Notes: a model not told the origin generated them from the sequence alone. A stretch of DNA of 64,000 nt from Psilocybe cubensis (GCA_017499595.2 CM039001.1:2108001-2172000); one strand, 5' to 3'. Counted from the stretch's first letter, positions 1-13,806 are shown. Made by a program: numbers and translations.

Positions 1-540
1 ACAATCCTTACTACTAGCCTTTATGCCCACAATAATAGAATTACACCTCAGAGGTCAAATTGTAGTCTCTGGAAGTCCATAATGAGTCTGAGAGGTATTA
101 CTTAGGCGTGACTTATTGTCACGTGTGGTCACGTGTACCATTATATAAGCGGCCAAAAGAACATTGTCAAATTTTCGAAAATCTCCCAAACTCGAGAAAA
201 CACCATTTCTGACGTGTTAGACTAAAAAAAAAGGAAAAAAATTAAAATCTTTATAACTTCTTGAGATCAAAATTTTTTTGAAAAAAAAAACCACAGATGT
301 GTTCAAAGAAGCATAACCTACATATCTGTGGTTCAAAAATGTAGAATAGTGTGAGTGCAGAAGGGTTGAAAAGGTTCGGAGGTAAGCCAACTTTTGCTTA
401 CCTAAGGGGGTGCTGGTTCCTGATGAGCCCAATCTTACTTACTTCTGCCTAAATCTATTGGATACTATGTACTTCATTACGTAGGACGTTCTTCCAATGT
501 GATGGACAATTGCTTCTAGGCCGAGGTTGATAGGGTGCAA

Positions 541-2210
541 TTAGGGCATTGATCGCCTGCCGACCGCACCGAACCACGCTAGTCCAGCGCATCCGCCCGT
601 CAGGATGGCAACGGGAGGAGGGGTTGAAAACCATTCTACTGCAATGAAAGTCGACGCAGCCACTACCACCCACCATGGCTCCTGGCCCAAACTGCTTCCT
701 CTAGTGGCTGCAGGTGTTAGATATCCAATTTCCCATAGGCGATAGACAGCAGTAAAGATTAAGCCAACGGCGGTGGCATTTAATCCCCGCAAGATGCTGG
801 ACACTTCTCTTCTTTTGCGTAATGACTGCCATATGCTCTGAAAGCCAATAGAAAGCCAAAGGCCTGGGGTGAAAATGCCCAAAAAGGCCACTATCGCACC
901 AGCTATAGAAGGTGTCGAGGGTGACGAAAAAGGTCCTGCTGCCACAAGAGCTCCAAGATAAACAGCGAAATTGAAGTTTGGACCGGGCATCGCCTGGATA
1001 ACGGCGAGTCCAAGCAAGAAATCACGAGGAGAAACCCAGCCGGGGTCTACAACATAGTCTCGCAATAGAGGTATTACGACAGGCCCACCACCAAAAATGA
1101 TAGTCCCGGCCAGGAACATACTATTGAAGAGGGAAAGGAGGATGGGGACTGGGTGAAGGGCACTGCGAATGGAAATAAAAACGGCAAAGGTAACCACAAA
1201 TATTCCAATGACGCCGACACCTATATTTACCGGAATGGTGTGTCCTGAACGCTCAGTGTGCAGGACTTGTCGACTTTGTTCTTGCTCTTGTTCGGATGGC
1301 ACATTGGCATCAGAGTCGTTAGCAGTGGGTGTTGATGCTGTTTGTCTGCGATACGAAGCAGTGGCGCTTGTGTTGATGTTCTCTTTCTGAATACCGTCCA
1401 TTGGAATACTCTCAACTTCAGGACCGGTCTCCGGTTCATGGACGGACGTTCGCCTTCTGGTATTCCTCAAAACCTTCCACCTCCGTACCCAATTCTGGAC
1501 ATAAAAGTCCCAACCAAAAGTTGAAGATCCTCCTATAACAAGTAGCACAGGAAAATACCACAGAGCGTTATAACACATCCCCGCACAACCGCCCATCGTG
1601 ACCAATAATCTTGTCAAGGGATCCGTAATCGCCTTCCGGGAAAGTTGAACGGCAGAAAGGGCAATAATGCCAACAATGGAGGCATTTAGTCCAGAAAGGA
1701 GAGCGTAAGCGGGACGGGGAAGAGTGTCGTTGATTCTTTGGACGCCAAGGGATAGACCATACATCGCGATTCCAGCAGGAAATGACCATAGCAAGAAAGC
1801 AAGAAAAGCTGGTATTATTCCAGCATGTATCTGCACTATGTTGAACAACATTTTGGTTGAGGCCGGGCCAGGTAGCGCCTGTGATATCGCAAATAGTTCC
1901 TGATACTACAAGGCAACTATTTAGCGGAAAGCGGATTGTATTCATGGTGAGTTACTCTCACAGTTTGCTCATCTATCCACGGAGTTTTTCCTAGCCCATC
2001 CACAAATCTTCGGTGAAAAATCTGAAAGTGGACTGGAGGACCCCCAAAGGCTGTAAAACCAAGATCCCAAGTACGCAGAAAGACATCCAAGAGACGCGTG
2101 GTGAGTTTGGAGGTGTTCGCTTCATACGGTGTCCCATGCGGGGGATCGTCACTAGCAACCCCACGCCGAATGCGACGTAAAACAGTGTGTATGAGGGCGT
2201 CAAAAGACAT
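541..2210 (-). CDS. Chromate ion transporter (CHR family, long-chain), 2 exons
   Basis: ATG at 2210 (MSFDALIH...); LGFTAFGGPPVH motif; intron 1906-1961 joins to YQELFAISQALPGPASTKMLF; second repeat GTIIFGGGPVVIP...AVIQAMPGPNFNF; many hydrophobic segments. Confidence 0.92.
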
Positions 2211-2589
2211 TGTCGATAAACTGCGACGCAAAGCCACACGGCGGGTCAGAAACTCATACAAGTCGTCCGCGTCGAAAGTAGGGCATATCTGCCTGATGGC
2301 GAATGAGGTGACCCACGTGTGTTGTTTGCATGACACCTATTCGCGCGAGAATGGTTGCAAAAGATTAAGCAAAGTCTAAAACCATAGCACTTGTTGATGA
2401 TAGAGAATGTTGTTGACGCTATGGAATAGACCGGTCTTGCATGGAAATCACGCGCAACGGAGACTCCGCTGATTAAGTGCAGAGACCAAGGATCCGGCCA
2501 CTGACACACTCTTCACATTCCCATTTTTATTTCTTTTTTTCAAATTTCACTATAACTATTTCTTTCATCGTCCCCATCTATCGAGGAGT

Positions 2590-3755
2590 ATGCCAATGAT
2601 TAATTCATACGAACATTTGCTTCCCCCAAGCTGGAAAACCCAAGTGGCCGCTTGGTTAGCAGAAGATACACCATCATTTGACTATGGAGGGTATGTAGTC
2701 GGAGAAGTCCTTCGCGAAGCGTTCTTGTTCGGAAAGGGCTCCCAACCTGCTGTCCTGGCAGGATCGCCTTTTGTAACAGAGATCTTTGCTCAGCTTGGAT
2801 GCGAGTGAGTAGTGCAAACTTATCGGCATTAGAGGATCATATTATCTTATCTACGCTTAGGGTGGAATGGCATGTCAAGGAGGGCGACACTTTCGAACCC
2901 GTAAAGCACATCGCCACGGTCAGGGGCAAGGCCCGATTTTTATTGCTAGGAGAGCGGATAGCCCTCAACCTTCTTGCCCGGTGTAGTGGTATAGCAACTA
3001 AGTAAGCAAAGCAACATCATTCACCCTTGTAACTTGAATCACAACATTTCAAGGTCGAAGAGAATCAAAGATCTAGCCAGAGGATACGGTTTCATGGGAA
3101 CAATTGCTGGGACGCGGAAAACTACGCCCGGTGTGTTTCTTGAGAGTAAATACGCAGATTATCGCTGACTTGGAATGATTTCGTTCAAGGCTTTAGGCTC
3201 GTTGAAAAATACGGAATGCTTGTAGGTGGGATTGATTCCCATCGCCACGATCTTTCCAGCATGATTATGCTGAAAGATAATCATATTTGGTCGTCGGGTG
3301 AATTTCTGTTCAGTAACAATCAAAACGCAAAACGCGTGCTTATCAGTGTTCTAGGCTCGATCACAGCTGCTATTCAACAAGCACGAAAAGTCGGCGGATT
3401 CAGTCTCCTACTAGATGTCGAAGTGCAGTCGGAGGCTGAGGCGGATGAAGCCATCGACGCTGGAGCGGATGTTATTATGCTTGACAATATTGAAGGCAGT
3501 GAGTTGGCAAGTGTTGCAAGGAGCTTGAAGACGAAATGGAAGGGGCAGCGGAAGTTCCTTTTCGAAACAAGTGGGAACATCACAGAGGCCAATCTACAGG
3601 AAAGAGCCATCAATGGTGTGTTAGTTTAATCCTGACCGGGTAAAATGGTTCTGATAGCGTGTGACCTAGATATCGATATTCTGAGCACAAGTGTGGTGCA
3701 CCAATCTGTCCAGCATATAGATTTCAGCCTTAAAATTCAGAAACCCAAAGCATAG
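2590..3755 (+). CDS. BNA6: Nicotinate-nucleotide pyrophosphorylase (quinolinate phosphoribosyltransferase), 6 exons
   Basis: [79 protein letters not shown] introns keep frame; stop TAG 3753-3755. Confidence 0.96.
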
Positions 3756-3809
3756 ATTATTCAAAATGTGTATCACTGATGGTTGCATTTAGATAGCATC
3801 CTATCCATG

Positions 3810-5129
3810 TCACTTGTCCAGTGCGAATAGAGATACAGCGTTCCCTCCTCGTACACCATCTTTATCTTCTTGAGACCATCCCTGTACAGCTTCAATAGCT
3901 TCCAAATTTTCAACAACACTCTTCCACTTTTCTGTCATCGACAGTGGAGGGAAGAATGGATGGTCTGTTCCAAAAAGCATTCTTTTGCTCCCAGTACTTC
4001 GATCAGCACCGTTCTTCACAACCGAGGATGTAGTTTCATATTTCGGTGCTCTGGAAAGGATGTCACTTGCAAAACCTAGTTCTTCTGGTCCATACGCCAC
4101 GGCGTCGAGGTATAATTTTCCTAAATAGTACCTTGCATCATGCTTGAGTCTTGATGCCACCACCGGATCGTGGTCGATACATGAAGCGAGTCGAGAAGAA
4201 AGGGCAGGAAGTGCGCCTCCCGAATGCGCAAGGAGCAAACGGAGAGATGGAAACTTGTCGAAGACTCCTGATAAAATTAATCTGGTGGCGGCCTGCGAAT
4301 ATATAGTAAACTACAGATTTGATCAAAAAAGTCAAAAAGGCATACTGTGGTAGTTTCAAATGGGAAACCCAGAGCAAGAGGGAGGACATGTCCGTTATAT
4401 TTATCGCCCCAAGCACTTGCGTCAACTCCATAATGCGGGTGTAAAAACACAACGAGGCCGGCCTTCTCAATTGCTGCCCATACTGGGTCAAGGGACTCAT
4501 CGTCCAGACCCTTTCCGATTCCCCGAGTGCCCATAATAAGACCACGCAAATGTGGCAAATTGCCAATTTGATGGACTACATCGACCAAAGCAGACGTGGT
4601 TATTTCCGGGACCAAAGGTAATAAACCGAAGCCGTACAATCTCTTAATTTCATGACTGCTCAGGGAAGGACCAGTCGAACAATATTCTTCGAGGTCGTTA
4701 TTCAATTCGGACGCAAGCGTCTGCGCTTTTGAAGCTGGAAGAAAGTCCAACCAGGGGTTCGCAGTGCTGGTAAAGTCCCGCGACCATGAGCTTCGCGAGT
4801 GAGGAATCGGGGACTCGTAAGCATACCTTACGATTGAGACATCAATACCATGTTTGTCCATAAATTTTAACTTTTCTGGTACAGATGTCAGAAAAATACA
4901 GATTAAACAGAAGTCCCTTTGTACCTTCTCTGTCCCAGTACTGTGATCCTACTGGGCGACCACCACTTGGTTCATGGTCCAAAATCAACAACCGATCATC
5001 TGTTGCGCCTTCAGGAGTGGTTGTACTCCGAATAAAAGGAACTGAAGTTCTGGATCTCAGCAAAGCAGTATATCGCGGGAGATATACATGCGTGTGAATA
5101 TCAACAAGCAGTTTACTGGTAAGTGACAT
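3810..5129 (-). CDS. Amidohydrolase-2 family decarboxylase, most like uracil-5-carboxylate (isoorotate) decarboxylase, IDCase; 4 exons
   Basis: VDIHTHVYLP metal HxH, GRPV, STANPWLDF, GIGKGLDD, VFLHPHYG, GHVLPLALGFPFETT, LLAHSGG, MLFGTDHPFFPP; these blocks match fungal IDCase as recalled rather than ACMSD. Confidence 0.85.
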
Positions 5130-5332
5130 GAGAGAACGAGGAAAAGGACGAAGTAGTTGTGAACTAGCACTTGAAACGATATCTATTTCAGTTGGCGGGC
5201 CGGGCCGGTGCCACGCGAACCAATCAAACGCAAAGTCATGCGGCAAACACTTGAACTCAACCGCTTGTCACAACCATCTCCAGTCAAGTGTCAAGCGTCG
5301 GCAGCTCAATAAGCCCATTTCTTTGAGAGATT

Positions 5333-7049
5333 ATGTCTCTACCTGATACCACCGAGCAAAATTCCTTTAAGGAAGAGGTATGTTCAGAGAGCTCGGTCCC
5401 ATTGTCAAAATGAGCTTAAATTAGAACCCAACATTGCCATTTGCCTCCGTTTGCTACTCAGATCGTGGAGTTGGCTAGAACGCTAGCTGAAATTCAAAGT
5501 CGTTTACAGCAACTAGCTCTACGCCTTGAAGAAAAGGAGAAACACAGTGAAATTTCGGGGCGTTGCCGAGAATTAGAAGAGTCGCTCAAGGTTGCAGTCA
5601 ATAGCGCTAAATGGCTTAATGCTCAGAACAAGGACTTGCAATTTAGGCTGGACCAGAGCCGTCCGGAAATTGACCGTCTCTTGATTGCCAGAGAAAGTGC
5701 TTGTAAAAGGTTGAAGCATGCGCGCAAAGTCATCCGGGACCTTCTTGAAGAAAGAGTGCGTTGTTCTGGTTATCTAACGACGTTTTACCCAACCGTATGC
5801 AGGGAGATATGTCCAGTCCTAGAACACAAGGCTCCCTTAGTCAGGGAGAAATAAACGAAGCTTTAAACGATGACTTTCGACCAGATGACTCTTCCAGTAG
5901 TTCGAATGACAGTGCCAGTGACAAAACAGTTCGTTTAAACAAAACCCCACTGGTTGAGTTGACCAATCCGATTTCTCCGAGTTCTGAAGGCATAGTATCC
6001 CATTTTCCATTAGGTCGCAGTCCAATTACTTTGCACACCAATACTACCACTCATAGTAAGAATGCAACACCTTCGACACCTCGTTCACGGTCAACTTTGT
6101 CGTTTCGAACTGGAAATACCAGTTCCAGTAACTTGCAGTCTCCCCAACGGCCATCATCAGTAACACATAATAGCTCGCCCAACAGTTCCACTGAATCACC
6201 AGGCAGATGGCTGATTCAGTACACCAAACCCCCTGGCAGTAGGGCATTGGAGGTGCCACATCCTGTACAATCGGATGTACTTCAAGAATTTTTGAACTTG
6301 GATGAAGATGCAGTAAGAAAGGTTTCCATTTGAATGGAGTAGAGTCTGACACCTTTTAGATGCAATCCTTACAAGGGTCTGTAGTTCAGTTCTATATGCA
6401 ATCCTTCACTTTCTCCTTGGTGCTTAATGTATATCAAACAGTACCATGACTTCATCAGACATAAGCATGCGGTTGCATATCGTCAGGCTTCCCATTCAAC
6501 ACAGCGTGGCCTTTCTTTACGATCCTATATTCGCTGAAACTCGTCAACTGAAAAGTTACATTGTTGATTGGGGACGACAGCAAACAAACCAAAATATAGA
6601 AAGATATATCTTGCAGCACAAGGAGGTTGACCCTGTTTTTGAAGTTTTCATCTTTCCGATAAGACAGGTGAGATACAAATTGTGCCTTATCATATTCACG
6701 GACTCACCCAATCGACATCAGCAAAAGTGGTATTACGTCGGGCCAATGGAGTGGTCGGTTGTCGAGGGAAAGGAGGTCTGGCAGGGACTACAAGGAAAAG
6801 TAGGCATTTTGATAGCACCACAAAGCACTACATGCTAAAATTCGTTCTCATATAAATAACAGGACAGGACGAAAATCATCAGCAAACTTTGCAAAAGAAG
6901 TCGAGGCCAAGTAAATGGCAATGAGATGGAGAAACTACTTGATGAGGCTGAACTCCATCAAATCTGCGTTGAGATGAAAGGCGTAAAGGATAAACATGAA
7001 TTCGAAGAACGTGTTTTTGGGAGCCGTCCTGCGCTGCTCGAGGACTTGA
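5333..7049 (+). CDS. Hypothetical protein: N-terminal coiled coil, Ser/Pro-rich linker, C-terminal globular region; 3' end uncertain
   Basis: ATG 5333, intron 5378-5461 joins in phase to IVELARTLAEIQSRLQQLALRLEE; consecutive same-strand ORF pieces (5441, 5761, 6446) separated by GT-AG introns. Confidence 0.6.
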
Positions 7050-7405
7050 GACCCACCGAGCGGAGTGCTTAGGAGATAAAGGGATCATGTGGAATGATGC
7101 AATTCAACTGTGCTACTGATGCCAAACCGCGATCTTGAATCTCGATAGTATGCATTTATTTATGGTAATATAACGGGTTCAAGAGTTGCTCATTTTATCG
7201 GCATGGTTACCGTTACAGGTTGACAGGTCCGAAGAGAGGTACAACTTGTGTTCAGGCCAAAAATAGAATCAAAATCCATCTTTCAATAAAACCATTCACA
7301 CAGCACCCCCCCTTATGCATCTCCATTTCTCTGCTTCCTTCCAGCTTTGCTTCACCGAGGAGCTTGAAGACAGGCCGCAACCGTTCACCTTGCCTGAATT
7401 TTTAC

Positions 7406-8680
7406 ATGGACTTTGGGCATCGCTGGTCGCCTTCCATCGTTCGTAGATTTCTTTTGGTTATCATTCTCGTTTGTGCCCCGGTAGCCCATTGTTCGCAGAC
7501 GGTCGCTGCTCCCAACAATGAAAAGAATGGCTTTAACCTTCGTCGAGACGGGAATCTGACCGATCCAGGTCTCAACCACACCAGTGCACAGATGTCTTTT
7601 CCCCTTGCTTCTTCGACTTCTATTATCATAAGCGCCGTAGAGTCTTCCAGCTTGTCGAGTAGTTTGCCAACCAGCTCTGGTTTGTCCTCAGCATCTAGCA
7701 ATTCGTTAAAGCGCCCTACACCTACAGCTATGTCGTCGAGTACTTCAACGTCATTGACATCTCGATCCGCTTCCGCCTCTTTGCGTCCACCGTTGTCAGT
7801 GGCCGATATCCTATCCACGCATTCCAAAGCAAGTTCTTCGAGCGCACAATCTTCGTACGTAAATTTATTTATTTAAGGATATATGCCCTCATTTAGATTG
7901 TTGTGCTGTTATAGAACGTCCTTTCAAGGTATAAGCACTACTCAGCCGAGCACGACGCCACCAATCCCTGAGACAATGACCCCACCACCTACTCAACCTA
8001 TAACCATATCAGCATCCACACCTTCAATTTTCTCTGATGTTAACCCTGTCACCTCTCCATACATTTATCCTTCTCCTGATCCTACATCTGAGGCAATAAT
8101 ACCATCGAGTAACTCCGCCGCCATAAGCACTACCTCGTATGTTGACTCTTTTACTATAGTGTAACCATTCATTAACCTTCTTGAGACCAGCTTTTGGCAC
8201 AAGAAAGGAGCCGTCGCTGCAGTCTTTCTTTTTATATCTCTCATTGGTGTGGCAATCATTGCTCTTGTTGTCGTATACTACGTGAAGAAACGCAACAACC
8301 GCAAACACGCCCGGCTGGATGAAGAACTCTTTGAGAAGTACTCAGAGCCTGGCCACAGAAGCAACTCTCCTGGACTGAGTATTAATGGCACTCCTATGGA
8401 CGCGTTTGCTACGAGCGGAATTCAATATAACAATCATTTCACCAGCGAAGATCACCAAACCCCCTTGGCAACTCCTACAGCCTCGCAATCTTCGTTTCCC
8501 ATACAGCATCCCGATTATTACAATCCTCATCCTGTCCGATACCTTGCACCGTCGCAATTTCAACCTTCAGTGAAGAAGCAGGGTCAACCTCATGCACATT
8601 CTGATTCCCGTGCTTCTTATCAACCATCGGTTGATTCATTCTATGGTGCTGCCAGTCAACCGCTAGGATACCATGTGTAG
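7406..8680 (+). CDS. Ser/Thr-rich single-pass membrane protein (mucin/Mid2-like cell-surface protein)
   Basis: Signal-like FLLVIILVCAPVAHC, long S/T/P ectodomain, TM GAVAAVFLFISLIGVAIIALVVVYYV followed by KKRNNRK, cytoplasmic tail ending SVDSFYGAASQPLGYHV; two introns. Confidence 0.75.
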
Positions 8681-9129
8681 ATTCTGCGCGGATAACGCGT
8701 ACATACTTCCCTACGCTATTCAAGGCTCATAAGGCGTCTCTAACTGGCATGTAATTATATAGCTAACTTTTAGCTGTTAATGTAACCTTGTTGAATGTAC
8801 TGCGCAATCGTCCTATACTCTGTTGTACAAATATTAATTGACCATCAATTGAGAAAATCATGAAGTTAATAACGACTGGATGCATGAAAACTGGACAATG
8901 TAAGTACCTTCAGCAGAGACATTGTCTCATGGTTTATGATGTGCGCTCAATAACAACCAACTCGAAGTTCGACTGAGCCGAGTTGGCATCCCTGCTTCTT
9001 GGATGTTCGGCCCACGTAATTGCCGAACGTCCGGAGATACAGATCAATGGAACGGAGCTTGACCCCAGACCCCACCGCTTATTCGAGGACGGACAGCTAA
9101 TGAAGAGACATCCCTTGTAAAAAGGCGTC

Positions 9130-10375
9130 ATGTTTCGTGCAGTGAACAATCTTCGTAGAGGAGCACTCAAACTCAATGTTCATTCGCTGACCCCACAGAG
9201 AAGATGGCTTCTCTTGCCATATTCGAACTCAACTCGACAAGCATTCCTTGAAAACCTTGAGTCAATTCCAGGGGTATCATTCCTTTCTCTAAATCGGCCA
9301 CAGACCCGCAATGCCATATCTACCACTCTACTACAAGTGGGTTGAATGTCATCATCACTCAACTGATTTAAATAATGATGTTTCTTAACTCCAAAGCAAC
9401 TTCGTGAATGCCTGGAGCATGTTCATTTTGACAAAAGGTATGTGAGTTCATTGCTGTACAGATGATTTAACTTGTAACCTTGATCGTCGAAGCGTCCGAG
9501 TTCTAATCCTTCGTTCTTCTACGGCTGGATCATTTTGCGCTGGCGCAGATTTAGCTGAGAGGCGGACGATGTCCCAACCACAAGTTGCCCGATTTCTTGC
9601 TGAACTTCGGGATGCTCTTGGGAAGCTGGAATCGCTCCCTATGCCTACCATTGCTGCTATTGATGGACCTGCACTCGGTGGAGGATTAGAAATGAGTCTG
9701 GCATGCGATTTACGCGTAGCAGGTGGGCTTTTGCCAACACGTCTTCATGAGTATGAAAGTAACAAGGTTAACTTTCAAGGACATAATGTAACAAAGATCG
9801 GCTTGCCCGAAACTAGCCTTGGAATTATACCAGGAGCAGGTGGGACTCAAAGAGCGACCCGAATTCTAGGGCCTTCAAGGGCCAAAGATTTGATATTTAC
9901 AGCACGAACCTTAACGGCCACGGAGGCTTTGGATTGGGGTATGTCCACGTATCGCGGCATTCTTGACTGAATTTCTAACTTGGGCCATTAACCATCTGTT
10001 CCGTTCAAGGGCTTATTAATTATGTATCTTCTTCCAGTCAGACGGCAGTGGAACGTTCTCTTGTGCTGGCAGAAGCCATCGTCAAGAACGGTTTGTAATC
10101 GTATAACTCTACCATGTAAACATGCGACGTTGATGATATTTCCTTTTGGTAGCTCCTCTGGCTCTTCGTGCAGCCAAACAGGCTATTTCACGGTCAGAAG
10201 ACTTGCCATTGGAAACAGGTGTGTCTTGCATCAAATTGCATGGGCATTCTGCTGACAAATGCCAGGGCTTGACTTTGAGCGTGCCTCCTATGAAACATTG
10301 CTTACCACACGAGATCGTACGGAAGCGCTAGATGCATTCCGAGAGAAGAGACGTCCTCAGTTCAAAGGAGAATAA
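9130..10375 (+). CDS. Enoyl-CoA hydratase/isomerase, methylglutaconyl-CoA hydratase (AUH)-like, probably mitochondrial
   Basis: Arg-rich presequence; LNRPQTRNAIS, FCAGADLAER, AAIDGPALGGGLEMSLACDLR, IGLPETSLGIIPGAGGTQR, EKRRPQFKGE* (TAA 10373-10375). Confidence 0.92.
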
Positions 10376-10453
10376 AAAATGTTACAGCACCAAAAATATA
10401 CCCCTTTTGTCGTATATGACGAGTTATAACAAATATTAACGACGACTGGATAG

Positions 10454-13400
10454 TTATGTCGGGTTTGAGCTAAACGGTCGTGAAAAAGTACCTGAGAAGC
10501 TAGTTGGGATTCCCATAGAGATACCATCGACCTTCAGACCTTCCAGTTCTTTCATCATCACACTCAGGCGGCCAAAGCGGTCTTTTAGTCCATGCCCTGG
10601 TATGGCTTCATCTGCATTCGCTTCTGAGTCAAATCCCTTTTCAAACTGACCCCAGTCACTCCGCAGAGAAAGGTAAGGTTTGAGAAGTGAAGAATCGATC
10701 CGACCAAGATAATTCTCCGTGATATATGACTTGAGTATTTCGGGTCGGACCAAAAAGACATTCCCAAGTTGGCGAATAAACTCAAATCGTTCATGAAGTG
10801 CTGGAATACCGAAGCTGCTGACAGTGTCTTGATACGATTTCAGGTCTCTGTAATAGTATTAGACTAAATCAAATTAAGGATCATGATTTTTTGTCACTTA
10901 CTTTGCAAGCATAAGGCCTCCTGTAGCGCTCACTGGGAATTTTCTAAGGTGGTCTAACAGCAGACTAGAAAGCATTAGTATCTTTTAGGTCATTGCATCT
11001 GGTGGACCGAGACTTACCTATGAAATCCTATACCAATTTCAGTTAGAAACATTTCAAGATTTTTGCCGCTTAGGTTTTGTTTTGCTGCATCTCGAACCCT
11101 TTCTAAAGTCTCACAACACAGTACGCACGGTTCTGTGTTCACGCGGGCAAAAGATAAATCATCGTTCCTCGGCTTGAAATCATTGCGTTTTTGCTTGGTT
11201 AATTGCGCTGATAACCAATTGATGATGGCTGTCGAGCAATATTCAACGGCGTACTTTGTCTAAATAGCGTTCTGACGCACCGTCTGTGACACGCTGTAGT
11301 ACAGCATTTGACCCAGTTTCCATTCGGTTGACGGTCAAATTATTGAATACAACCATTTCCCGTCGTATGGTAACAGATGAGCTGGCGAGTGGAAGGAGAG
11401 CAATGTTGACATATTGTTGCCAAAGATGGCAGATCAAATCAACTGTCCGAACAATGGCAAGAGGTTGCAGAGATGGTTCGGACTTGGTATCGGCTGCTTC
11501 AAGTCGAACCTGTGCTCTAAAGGGAGAATGAGTCATGTAGTGGATTATTGAACCGAAAGAAGGTGCCTACGATTCAAGAGCCGAATCAACGTAGGAAGTG
11601 CCTATCGCATCAGCCAAGACACGAAGCAGGGTAGAAGTGTTTTTGGGGCTGAAATACAATAAGTAACCAGAGCGGCAATAAAATCATGAATTAACTTGCA
11701 CGTCATTAGGTGGACTCAATTCCACACAACGTCCAATCGCTTCAGCATGCCATTTTAACATCGTTTCTGCAACGTCGACACTAAGAAGCCCGTCCTCCTC
11801 CCGGATAGGTTCTTCGTTCGCCTTGTCGTTGTTGCGATCAGAATTTATTACTCCAAAGCGCATAAGAGCAGCGGCAGCTTGTCCAGATGTCGTCGACCCA
11901 CCGTTTGAGGTCGTATTCGTTGTTGCAGCACTGATCTGATTCACCATGCGATCAAACATCGATGACTTGGCTTTTTGGCTTTTCTTCGTTTACAAGGTCA
12001 GTTATTATCGAGTGGCAGGTAATAATTTGGTTACTAACGTGGAAGCGAACAAAATTACTGAGTAGATTGCTGTACAATAAAGCCAGGCTTTTGCACTCCC
12101 TCTCCATGTATCGCTGACCTTCGGTGTATGGAACAAAGAGCTCTTCCATTGCTGTTTCTAGCATTGTGCTAATGGCTGCAGATGTTGAGGATGTAGTCAC
12201 CGGGGCGGAGCCCGTCAATGATCGGCGAAATTCTGTAACCTCATAAGGAGTTTTGGAAGAGCTGTGAGGTAGCTCGTGAGCCTTCAAATCCTCCACCAAA
12301 GCCGAAGCCTGGAAATGGACAAGCTGTAGAATTCTTAGATATGCCAAGTCTGAAATTTCTGAGCCCCTATGAAGTAACTGCTCCATGTGCTGTTGTATCT
12401 GGGAAATTTTCAAAGATTTATCGGATACGCAAAATATTGGGAACGTACGGATTGCGCAAAAACCCGCTGCAAGAACACTTGCATCACAACAGGAGGGTTA
12501 GGAAACACAGCTTTGACTATCTGAGTTTCAGTGTCGACTGTGGCCCTTATTTCAGCAAATAATTCTGTTAGTCCAGCTTCAGTTTTAGGGGGTGATGTAT
12601 TAGGATCCGCAATAATACTCCATCTAACATCGAGAATTAGACGTAACACAAAAAAAACGGCACTGTATACCTACAGGAGGTTGTCAGTGGGAGCAGGTTC
12701 GTCCCGTACGTTGTTGATGAAAAAGTCATGTTGATTAACGTATACTTGGACACATGATGCCCCCCCATTGAATTCAAGCAACGTCTGGGCACAATGCTTT
12801 GATAGGTTTTTTTGGTAAATTAGTAAGATGACCTTTCCGTCATAACAATGGAACGAACATGCATCATTTTGGGGTCGCCTTTACGATAGCATCTATCGAA
12901 AAGATTCAACATTTCCTTCTCAAATTTTTCGCAATATTTCTCGATCGCCTCACGCGTCTGCAGAAAGATTAATCGTGGTACATGCCAGAATAAGACATGA
13001 ACGCAACTTTATCGGAATTAGGCAAATCCACCTCTTTCGCCACGGTGTTCAGACGGCGCAGAATAACAGCAACCTGCCGTCTGCCTGCCCTGCCTTCCTT
13101 ACGCAAAACATCAAGCCTGGTTGTATCTCCTTTGCTAAATTGGTTATAAAAATCAATCAGATCATACGCAGCTTGAGCTCTTTGTCGCTCGATATGTACA
13201 GTTTCCAGTTGATCGCCTCCACAAACGATAAGCAACAGATAGTTTACATAACAACTGCGAACTACTCACCTATCCGAACTGCTGTGCTGCTGACTTCATT
13301 CATTCGGCTTTCCATCCCGTTAAATGAATTTCCGACATTCTGTGTTACGGAAATATGAAGGCGAATGCGCACAAACACAATAAGAAACTGACCTCGAATC

Positions 13401-13806
13401 CCTTGGCTAATTCCATCATCTTCTTCGAGTACTCTCTTTCGGTGACACGGACTGTCTTTTCCATTTGTTCTGTCTTTGCTTGCACATCTTTCCTAACAGA
13501 TATCAACTTGTCAACGGCTGCTTCAAAGGATCGTATAAATGGCTTTGGGTCGAATGCTGGATGACAATAGGTCAGGGAGAGCAGAGCAAGCAAGTGGATC
13601 GACATACGTCCGTTGTTGGCTTTGGATTCCGCAATCAATTTCTCCGACGCATGTCCAATAAAATCCGTAATATCGAATTTTCCCTGAGTGTAGACCGAAT
13701 CATCAGACTACGACGAGCAGAACGGCAAAGTATGCTTGTATACCTTGAATGCAGATAACTCCAGGTATTCCAGATGGTCGTTCTGAGGTGCTTCTTGCCT
13801 GGACAT
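10454..13806 (-). CDS. SEC10: Exocyst complex component Sec10
   Basis: ATG 13806; FDPKPFIRSFEAAVDKL, IGDQLETVHIERQRAQAAYDLI, VFPNPPVVMQVFLQRVFAQ, QRKNDFKPRNDDLSF, VFLVRPEILKSYITE; many GT-AG introns. Confidence 0.92.

Noticed and set aside
3810-5129. Calling the amidohydrolase ACMSD of the kynurenine pathway because it neighbours QPRTase
   Set aside because: The motif blocks (ANPW, GHVLPLALGFP, GTDHPFFPP) fit isoorotate decarboxylase better; adjacency alone is not evidence
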